Origin: Takakia lepidozioides
Taxonomy: Eukaryota; Plantae; Bryophyta
Assembly: GCA_030704615.1 (NCBI GenBank)
Contig: CM060732.1
Span: forward strand, 15,128,001-15,192,000
Length of the DNA stretch: 64,000 bases
Direction of reading: 5' to 3'
Position numbers and translations under genes: made by a program. Position 1 is the stretch's first letter; the number at the start of each line of letters is the position of its first letter. A model generated the notes under the pieces. It was not told where the DNA came from, did no database searches, and was given only the letters and a program-made list of their open reading frames with translations. Shown here in pieces: positions 54,201 through 64,000 of the stretch.

Positions 54201-55436
54201 CCGGACAAGTGCTGGAAAAGAGGATCAGTAGCAATCGATCTCTCAAACTCCTCATTTTGCCTTTGCCAATGGGGACCCCATTTGTCCACCTCATCGGAAG
54301 TGTGGGCACGGGAAGCTCCGTGGTCGTTCTCAATGGAAACATAAAACGCGGCAGACCCCATTCGATATCCATCCCGGAAATAGAATTTCAGCTTGTTGAT
54401 ATCGCCTGGGAGGGCAGGTCTCACCACCTGCAATGATACCAAGCGGCAAAGGGGAATTCGAAGCTTGGCCGGGTACACCATGCCCCCCAGCACCCTGCCA
54501 ATGTTGCTGTGGGTTGCCTCCAACATCTTGGCAGTGGACAACTTCATATCCGCCTCCGACATGACGTCTGCTGCAGAGGGGTTCTCCGGCAGCCCACCAG
54601 GACCGCCAAATCCAGCCTGTATGTTGCGCGTTTGGGGCCTGGGGATGTCCGGGAGGATGTCATCCTGGTCAGAAAGCTCGGTGTCGTCCTCCTCAACATG
54701 GTCAACCACCGGCGAAACCACCTCGAGCACTCTCCCCATCTCTACTGCCCTCTCCCCGGCTTCACCTCGAACTTGCACAATCCGTGCTCTTTGTGGTGTT
54801 CTTTCCTCTCCTCCACTCTCCACCATATGGGTAATTGCGGGGGCTGCTCTTGTCCGCGATGGTGTAACCGGTGTGTTACTGCCTCTTTGTGGTGTCTTGG
54901 AGGGATCCACCGTCTCTGTGCGTCCCTCGCTTACATGGGCATCTGTCATTTCGGCACCCCTGGCCTCTTCAGTGGCTTTTTCTCTTTCCTCCTGGCTAGC
55001 CTTCTGTCTCGCCTGTTCTTTTGCCCTCTCTTTTGCCCTCTCACGGGCTTTCTGTTTCTTACTAGGGCTAGCAGCAGGGGAGGCCTCCAGGATGACCACC
55101 TTTGATTGAGGAGAACTGACACCCTCGCGCGCACTGCTCACTCCCCCCTCCGCAGCCCGTGACGGCTCTCTCGCCGGTGATTGCATGTGCTTGGCTTTCT
55201 TCTTCTTCTTTGCGTGGGCGGGCCCTACTGCATGTGCATCAACAACCTCCATTGTCGGATCTGCTGTCCTCACGCCCTTCACCTGCCATGCCGCCTGCAC
55301 CAACCTCCCCAATGCCTATTCTGTCGTACTCTCGCTGCAGGTCCTCCCATCCACCAACAAAAGGTTTTATTTTGCCCTCCCGCCCCAAGTTGGGCGATCC
55401 AAACATGCGATGAGTTGGAGCTGTCGATGATACCAC
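51230..55436 (-). pseudogene. Multi-exon ParB/Srx-like + DNA methyltransferase-like gene, copy 2 (3'-truncated)
   Basis: Charged low-complexity N-terminus. LRIPLCRLVSLQVVRP...FYVWDGNHRLLAW (DGNHR 54167-54181). Exons VTENAF...TWYRLSMD, KYKSRMVKYVAIADPALG, CPWYVD, DMILLDIPD...LLDDGGCVVVL. Breaks off at the Gypsy fragment. Confidence 0.72.
52390..52990. repeat. Intronic ~144-147 bp tandem array, two inverted AAAATGGCGCCGAATTT motifs per unit
   Basis: Unit marker at 52451, 52595, 52741, 52888. Lies between the exon ending ~53070 and the exon starting ~52358 (-). Confidence 0.92.
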
Positions 55437-56778
55437 CAGCGTGCCGGGCTCGTCGTCACTCTGTCATTCCCAAAAATCGTGAGAACCAACATCGGAATGA
55501 AAACCACCATCGCAACAATCGTGGAACAACAATGAAAACAAAACAAAACCAAGTATGGAGTGGCATGGAACAACAATGAAAACAAATCCAACCTATGCCT
55601 AAGAATGACAGGGGGGTGCTATTCCGTGAGCCCGGAGGCGTGAGCCTGTGAGCCCAGGAAACCGTGAGCCCAGCACAGGCTCACGCCACGTCAGCATGCA
55701 TACAGGGCCTATTTCCGCGGGTGTCACCTATTACCGCGGGTTGAACAGCCATTTCCCGGGAATGCAGACTGGATGTATTACATCCATTGTATCCATCCTT
55801 TGCCATTGCATCCATCTAGACGTTATCAAAGACTTTCCTTCATATAAAGAATTAATCCATGTTTTCCAGATATCCTCTAGAAATCCCTTCACACAAGCAT
55901 CAATCTGCTGTGTGTAATTTGCCCAAAAACTAGGCCTCAGGAGGGCCTGGGCTTTTGGCTCAGCCTCGAGACTGTCGGGAGCTTAAGGACGGAAAGCCAA
56001 ACTCTGCATTGGAATGTGGGTACGTCGTGAGGAGGTGCACACTGACATCATCTAAAGCGGATCCCTGCGAAATCTTTTCTTACTCACCACCTTTGTGAAC
56101 ATGCCAAGTATGTGCGGGAGCAGGTCTGATACCCTAGATGGTATTCATGATAGGAGTGGAAATTGATTGACTATGATTGACTGCGACAGGCTGTGAAGAG
56201 GCAGTCATCTTGGGGAATTGGAGTGTTGGAAAGAAGTTGAAAGGAAGAGGTTTTGTACTTCATTTAGATTGCTTTGCACTGCCTGAGGTGAGGGATTAGG
56301 GCTTCAACTTTAGTCTTGCAGCTTTTATTTGTGGTTCATGAAAAAAACGCTCCGGGATTTTTAGGACTGGAGCTTCCGCCATCCGCTGCTTCAACTCGGC
56401 AAAAGCTTGGCCACAAAAAGTGTTCCATACCCATACCTTGGACCCCCCAGCTGTGCATACCCAACAAGCATCGCACTCCACGACACCACATCTCTTCTAG
56501 CAGGAATGGTTTGGAGACAAGCGAGCAAATGATGCGAGAATGCTGTACACGAACCAAAGTCGATTGTTTGTTTTTGAAATGCACTCAAGCCTGTGAGGTC
56601 CACAAAACTCTAAATAGATTGAAGGAACAATCCGGGCAGTCCATGCAACCCCCATCTCCAATAATAGTTTGTTCCCATGAAGTTGCATCCCACGCACACA
56701 TTGCAAACAGGACAACAAGGACACACAACCATCCCATTTCAAATTTGGCCCCGAATAAAACCAAAAGAAAACTTCATA

Positions 56779-57258
56779 TCAAGTGTCACAGTCATCAGAA
56801 TCACTCTCGACCTCCTGTGCTATGTCATCCACAAAGATTCTGGCCCCAACACCACGTCTTCTACCACGGCCGTCAATGGGCGGACAGCGAGTGCCATGAA
56901 TGGACATGCTTGTTGCGAGTGCCTCCGCATAGACAGGTTGCACGTAAGACCGAGGAGGACTTGAAAGAAGTCCAAATAGGTGTGATAGCCCACCTATCTG
57001 CCCTTGTGCCTCCTTCCCCCTACCCCTTCCTTTCACCACACCACCAACAACATCTTTTCCCTTTGCCTTTCAACCTCTACCCGGGGTATCCTGAGCGGGA
57101 GGCTCCTTCTCTGCAAGAGTCCTCAAATTTCTATCATGAATGTCGAGGTCGGCTGCTGCGGCGGTGGCTGCTATACGCTCATTCTCTCTCCTCAAAGACA
57201 CATCCTGAGCTGGGGTCTCAGAAGGATGGCAATCCAAATACCATGGGAGTTTTGACAA
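56779..57258 (-). pseudogene. ParB-MTase-family exon remnants in A2
   Basis: KLPWYLD (~57232-57252) matches CPWYLD/CPWYVD of the other two genes. Joined by deletion to the terminal exon shared with 13519-13730. Confidence 0.5.
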
Positions 57259-57309
57259 CTATGGGAGTTTTGAGCATGCATACTGGCCCTGTTAGGCCCA
57301 ATTTCACAT

Positions 57310-60300
57310 AGAAAAACAAGCACGAAGGGGGCTCAAAACAGTGTGCGTTGCCGCACACTTTTTGAGCTTCCAATAAAGATTGGATTCAACCTGCCAAAGT
57401 GGCCCCAGGAGACCGATTTTCACATCAAAATCAATCACATAAGGAAGCTCAAACAGTGTGCGTTGCCGCACACTGTTTGAGCTTGCAATAAGGTGTGATT
57501 TTAATATGGCATAGTGGCCATAAGTGACCAATTTGAAATAAAAGAAAAGGCAGTGAAGGGGGCTCAAACAGTGTGCGTCCGCGCACACTGTTTGAGCTTC
57601 CATTTTGGAGTCGAATGAACTTGCCAGACTAGCCGTAGGTGCACAATTTCCATATCCATAAACAAGCAAATCAGGGGGGCTCAAACCGTGTGCGTTGACG
57701 CACACCGTTTGGGCTGCCAGGTAAGTCTGAATTGAACCTGACAGAGATGACCTTTGTGGTCGATTCTAAAATGCCAGCTGCCAGGTAAGTGTGCATTGAC
57801 GCTCAAAGAGATGCCCTATGTGGCCGATTTTCAGATAAAAAAAACAATGACATGGTGGGCTGTTGTGCGTTGACGCACACTGTTTGAGCTGCCAGGTAAG
57901 TCTGGATTGAACCTCAAATACATGCCCTATGTGGCCGATTTTCACATGAAAAAAACAATGACAAGTTGGGCTCAAACAATGTGCGTTGACGCACACTATT
58001 TGAGCTGCCACGTAAGTGTGCATTGACGCTCAAAGAGATGCCATATGTAGCCGATTTTCAGATTAAAAAAATAATGACATGGTGGACTCGAACAGTGTGC
58101 GTTGACTCACACTACAGGAGCTGCCACGTAAGTGTGCATTAAAGCTCAAAAAGATGCCCTCTGTGGCTAATTTATTAAATAAATAATTAATAATTAAAAA
58201 AAAACAAAAAAAAAACATGGTTGGCTGGAACAGTGTGCGTTGACGCACACTATTTGAGCTGCCAGGTAAGTCTGCATTGAACCTCAAATACATGCCATAT
58301 GTGGCCAATTTTCACATGAAAAAAACAATGACAAGTTGGGCTCAAACAGTGTGCGTTGACGCACACTATTTGAGCTGCCAGGTAAGTGTGCATTGACGCT
58401 CAAAGAGATGCCCTATGTGGCCGATTTTCAGATAAAAAAAACAATGACATGGTGGGCTGTTGTGCGTTGACGCACACTGTTTGAGCTGCCACGTAAGTGT
58501 GCATTGAAGCTCAAAGAGATGCCATATGTGGCCGATTTTCAGATTAAACAAATAATGACATGGTGGACACGAACAGTGTGCGTTGACGCACACTGCTGGA
58601 GCTGCCACGTAAGTGTGCATTAAAGCTCAAAGAGATGCCCTATGTGGCCGATTTTCAAAAAAAAAAAAAACAAAAAAAAAAAAAAAAAAAAACATGGTTG
58701 GCTGGAACAGTGTGCGTTGACGCACACTATTTGAGCTGCCAGGTAAGTCTGCATTGAACCTCAAATACATGCCCTATGTGGCCAATTTTCACATGAAAAA
58801 AACAATGACAAGTTGGGCTCAAACAGTGTGCGTTGACGCACACTATTTGAGCTGCCACGTAAGTGTGCATTGAAGCTCAAAGAGATGCCTTATTTGGCCG
58901 ATTTTCAGATTAAAAAAATAATGACATGGTGGACTCGAACAGTGTGCGTTGACGCACACTGCTGGAACTGCCACGTAAGTGTGCATTAAAGCTCAAAGAG
59001 ATGCCCTATGTGGCCGATTTTCAAAGAAAAAAAAAAAAAAAAAAAAAAAAAAACATGGTTGGCTGGAACAGTGTGCGTTGACGCACTCTATTTGAGCTGC
59101 CAGGTAAGTCTGCATTGAACCTCAAATACATGCCCTATGTGGCCAATTTTCACATGAAAAAAACAATGACAAGTTGGGCTCAAACAGTGTGCGTTGACGC
59201 ACACTCTTTGAGCTGCCACGTAAGTGTGCATTGAAGCTCAAAGAGATGCCTTATGTGGCCGATTTTCAGATTAAAAAATAATGACATGGTGGACTCGAAC
59301 AGTGTGCGTTGACGCACACTGCTGGAACTGCCACGTAAGTGTGCATTAAAGCTCAAAGAGATGCCCTATGTGGCCGATTTTCAAAGAAAAAAAAAAAAAA
59401 AAAAAAAAAAAAAACATGGTTGGCTGGAACAGTGTGCGTTGACGCACTCTATTTGAGCTGCCAGGTAAGTCTGCATTGAACCTCAAATACATGCCCTATG
59501 TGGCCAATTTTCACATGAAAAAAACATTGACAAGTTGGGCTCAAACAGTGTGCGTTGACGCACACTATTTGAGCTGCCACGTATGTGTGCATTGAAGCTC
59601 AAAGAGATGTCTTATGTGGGCGATTTTCAGATTAAAAAAATAATGACATGGTGTGCTCAAACAGTGTGCGTTGACGCACACTGCTGGAGCTGCCTTGCGA
59701 TGCCCTATGTGGCCGATTTTCGAAAAAAAAGAAAAAAAGAAAAAATAAAAAGATGCTTGCAACAGTGTGCGTTGACGCACACTGTTTGAGCTGCCACGTA
59801 AGTCTGCATTGAACCTCAAATACATGCCCTATGTGGCCGATTTTCACATGAAAAAAATAAAGACATGTTGGGGTCAAACAGTGTGCGTTGACGCACAATG
59901 TTTGAGCTGCCACGTAAGTGTGTATTGAGGCTCAAAGAGATGCCCTAGGTGGCCGATTTTCATATAAAAAAAACAATGACATGGTGGGCTGGAACAGTGT
60001 GCGTTGACGCACACTGTTTGAGCTGCCAGGTAAGTCTGCATTGAACCTCAAATACATGCCCTATGTGGCCAATTTTCACATGAAAAAAACAATGACAAGT
60101 TGGGCTCAAACAGTGTGCGTTGACGCACACTATTTCAGCTGCCACGTAAGTGTGCATTGAAGCTCAAAGAGATGCCTTATGTGGCCGATTTTTAGATTAA
60201 AAAAATAATGACATGGTGTGCTCAAACAGTGTGCGTTGTCGCACACTGCTGGAGCTGCCTTGAGATGCCCTATGTGGCCGATTTTCGAAAAAAATAAAAA

Positions 60301-61810
60301 ATAATTAAAAAAAAAAAAAAAAAAATGCCTGCAACAGTGTGCGTTGACGCACACTGTTTGAGCTGCCACGTAAGTATGCATTGAACCTCAAATACATGCC
60401 CTATGTGGCCGATTTTCACATGAAAAAAATAAAGACATGTTGGGGTCAAACAGTGTGCGTTGACGCACACTGCTTGAGCTGCCACGTAAGTGTGTATTGA
60501 GGCTCAAAGAGATGCCCTAGGTGGCCGATTTTCATATAATAAAAAACAATGACAAGGTGGGCTGGAACAGTGTGCGTTGACGCACACTGTTTGAGCTGCC
60601 AGGTAAGTCTGCATTGAACCTCAAATACATGCCCTATGTGGCCAATTTTCACATGAAAAAAACAATGACAAGTTGGACTCAAACAGTGTGCGTTGACGCA
60701 CACTATTTGAGCTGCCACGTAAGTGTGCATTGAAGCTCAAAGAGATGCCTTATGTGGTCGATTTTCAGATTAAAAAAATAATGACATGGTGGACTCGAAC
60801 AGTGTGCGTTGACGCACACTGCTGGAACTGCCACGTAAGTGTGCATTAAAGCTCAAAGAGATGCCCTATGTGGCCGATTTTCAAAAAAAAAAAAAAAAAA
60901 AAAAAAACATGGTTGGCTGGAACAGTGTGCGTTGACGCACTCTATTTGAGCTGCCAGGTAAGTCTGCATTGAACCTCAAATACATGCCCTATGTGGCCAA
61001 TTTTCACATGAAAAAAACATTGACAAGTTGGGCTCAAACAGTGTGCGTTGACGCACACTATTTGAGCTGCCACGTAAGTGTGCATTGAAGCTCAAAGAGA
61101 TGTCTTATGTGGGCGATTTTCAGATTAAAAAAATAATGACATGGTGTGCTCAAACAGTGTGCGTTGACGCACACTGCTGGAGCTGCCTTGAGATGCCCTA
61201 TGTGGCCGATTTTCGAAAAAAAAGAAAAAAAAAAAAAAAAAAAAGAGATGCCTGCAACAGTGTGCGTTGACGCACACTGTTTGAGCTGCCATGTAAGTCT
61301 GCATTGAACCTCAAATACATGCCCTATGTGGCCGATTTTCACATGAAAAAAATAAAGACATGTTGGGGTCAAACAGTGTGCGTTGACGCACACTGTTTGA
61401 GCTGCCACGTAAGTGTGTATTGAGGCTCAAAGAGATGCCCTAGGTGGCCGATTTTCATATAAAAAAAAACAATGACATGGTGGGCTGGAACAGTGTGCGT
61501 TGACGCACACTGTTTGAGCTGCCAGGTAAGTCTGCATTGAACCTCAAATACATGCCCTATGTGGCTAATTTTCACATGGAAAAAACAATGACAAGTTGGG
61601 CTCAAACAGTGTGCGTTGACGCACACTATTTGAGCTGCCACGTAAGTGTGCATTGAAGCTCAAAGAGATGCCTTATGTGGCCGATTTTCAGATTAAAAAA
61701 ATAATGACATGGTGGACTCGAACAGTGTGCGTTGACGCACACTGCTGGAACTGCCACGTAAGTGTGCATTAAAGCTCAAAGAGATGCCCTATGTGGCCGA
61801 TTTTCGAAGG

Positions 61811-61846
<36 letters not shown>

Positions 61847-62151
61847 AGGGTTGGCCGGAACAGTGTGCGTTGACGCACTCTATTTGAGCTGCCAGGTAAG
61901 TCTGCATTGAACCTCAAATACATGCCCTATGTGGCCAATTTTCACATGAAGAAAACATTGACAAGTTGGGCTCAAACAGTGTGCGTTGACGCACACTATT
62001 TGAGCTGCCACGTAAGTGTGCATTGAAGCTCAAAGAGATGTCTTATGTGGGCGATTTTCAGATTAAAAAAAATGACATGGTGTGCTCAAACAGTGTGCGT
62101 TGACGCACACTGCTGGAGCTGCCTTGAGATGCCCTATGTGGCCGATTTTCG

Positions 62152-62185
<34 letters not shown>

Positions 62186-63570
62186 TGCTTGCAACAGTGT
62201 GCGTTGACGCACACTGTTTGAGCTGCCACGTAAGTCTGCATTGAACCTCAAATACATGCCCTACGTGGCCGATTTTCACATGAAAAAAATAAAGACATGT
62301 TGGGGTCAAAAAGTGTGCGTTGACGCACACTGTTTGAGCTGCCACGTAAGTGTGTATTGAGGCTCAAAGAGATGCCCTAGGTGGCCGATTTTCATATAAA
62401 AAAAAACAACGACATGGTGGGCTGGAACAGTGTGCGTTGACGCACACTGTTTGAGCTGCCAGGTAAGTCTGCATTGAACCTCAAATACATGCCCTATGTG
62501 GCCAATTTTCACATGAAAAAAACAATGACAAGTTGGGCTTAAACAGTGTGCGTTGACGCACACTATTTGAGCTGCCACGTAAGTGTGCATTGAAGCTCAA
62601 AGAGATGCCTTATGTGGCCGATTTTCAGATTAAAAAAATTATGACATGGTGTGCTCAAACAGTGTGCGTTGACGCACACTGCTGGAGCTGCCTTGAGATG
62701 CCCTATGTGGCCGATTTTCAAAAAAATAATAATAAAAATAAAATAAAAAATGGATGCCTGCATTAGAGTGCGTTGACGCACACTGTTTGAGCTGCCACGT
62801 AAGTATGCATTGAACCTCAAATACATGCCCTATGTGGCCGATTTTCACATGAAAAAAATAAAGACATGTTGGGGTCAAACAGTGTGCGTTGATGCACACT
62901 GTTTGAGCTGTCACGTAAGTGCGTATTGAGGCTCAAAGAGATGCCCTATGTGGCCGATTTTCATATATAAAAAAACAATGACATGGTGGGCTGGAACAGT
63001 GTGCGTTGACGCACACTGTTTGAGCTGCCAGGTAAGTCTGCATTGAACCTCAAATACATGCCCTATGTGACCAATTTTCACATGAAAAAAACAATGACAA
63101 GTTGGGCTCAAACAGTGTGCGTTGACGCACACTATTTGAGCTGCCACGTAAGTGTGCATTGAAGCTCAAAGAGATGTCTTATGTGGCCGATTTTCAGATT
63201 AAAAATATAATGACATGGTGGGCTCAAACAGTGTGCATTGACGCACGCTGCTGGAGCTACCATGTAAGTGTTTATTGAAGCTCAAAGAGATGCCCTATGT
63301 GGCCGATTTTCACATGAAAAAAAACAATGACAAGGTGGGCTCAAATAGTGTGCGTTCACGCACACTGCTGGAGCTGCCAGGTAAGTGTGCATTGAACAAC
63401 AAAGAGATGCCCTATGAGACCGATTTCCAAATGAAAAAAAGAATGACAAGGTGGGCTCAAACAGTGTGCGTTGACACACACTGCTAGAGCTGCCAGGTAA
63501 GTGTGCATTGAAGCTCAAAGAGATACCCTATGAGGCCGATTCCAAATGAAAAAAACAATGACAAGGTGCA
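57310..63570. repeat. ~116 bp tandem array (about 50 units) with the same 28-bp palindrome core, higher-order structure and variable poly-A tracts
   Basis: CAGTGTGCGTTGACGCACACTG recurs (e.g. 58231, 58347). Unit variants recur in ordered groups. Confidence 0.96.
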
Positions 63571-64000
63571 CAACACAACCTCATTACATTCGGGGTCTTC
63601 CTGTTTACTGCTCTCTAGGGTTGTTGTCGTCTTTCCATAATTGATGGTTTCATGTCATGTTTAGGGTTTGTTTTTCATCCAAATACAACACGGCTTCTTG
63701 TGGCTTCTTGTCACCCTAAACAGTTTTTCTGGTTGGTGTCTCTCAGTGTGGTTGTCTGCGAAGTTCGGTGCATGTCATTCCTACATCATTTGCAGGCATC
63801 GCCCACAGTCTTTGGGTTAGTGCTAACCTTATTGACCTCAGTTTGTTTGTGGTGGATCCCCTTTCGAGAATTACGGGCTATCAGTTCGGGGATTCCGTTG
63901 TGAATCGCAATTTTTGGTCAGTGGAGGAAAACATGTCGAGGGAGTAAGATAGACTCGCTCGATTTCATTCCAATGCAGGTAGTCTTCCACTGACTACCAC

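Larger units (their letters stand above)
55611..64000 (+). mobile_element. Second copy (A2) of the 12804-19238 MULE family, running off the window
   Basis: Same left end GGGGGGTGCTATTCCGTGAGCCCGGAGG. Homology blocks to 12804-13140, 13230-13730 and ~18030-18370. Predicted TSD AGAATGACA (55602-55610). Confidence 0.9.

Noticed and set aside
44529-55436. Bacterial or phage contamination as the source of the ParB/MTase motifs
   Set aside because: The motifs are split by spliceosomal-type introns conserved between paralogs and are embedded among plant TEs.
57310-63570. CRISPR-like appearance of regularly spaced 28-bp palindromes (also 14055-17030 and 47975-48545)
   Set aside because: Intervening sequences are homologous to each other rather than unique spacers, there are no cas genes, and the context is eukaryotic.

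Overview
Eukaryotic, intron-containing land-plant DNA (a seed-free lineage is my inference), almost all nested transposable elements. The only clear host gene is a two-exon VFB/SKIP2-type F-box/LRR gene (33238-35074, -). Ordinary TEs: a chromodomain Ty3/Gypsy element with both LTRs (22520-28953), a truncated Copia, two further Gypsy fragments, L1-type LINE fragments, a CACTA/EnSpm-like transposase pseudogene, a hAT MITE and a possible TTAA (piggyBac-like) element. The main candidate for an undescribed system is a Mutator-like (MULE) clade seen in six pieces. The pieces suggest one architecture: short imperfect (C)GTGAGC termini with a 9-bp TSD; a spliced gene fusing a ParB/Srx-like domain (DGNHR) to a beta-class N4/N6 DNA amino-methyltransferase-like domain; a divergently oriented MULE-SWIM transposase; and subfamily-specific arrays of CpG-containing (near-)palindromes in what appears to be the same intron of the ParB-MTase gene. 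All copies here are degenerate. Domain calls come from motif recognition by eye, not from database searches.
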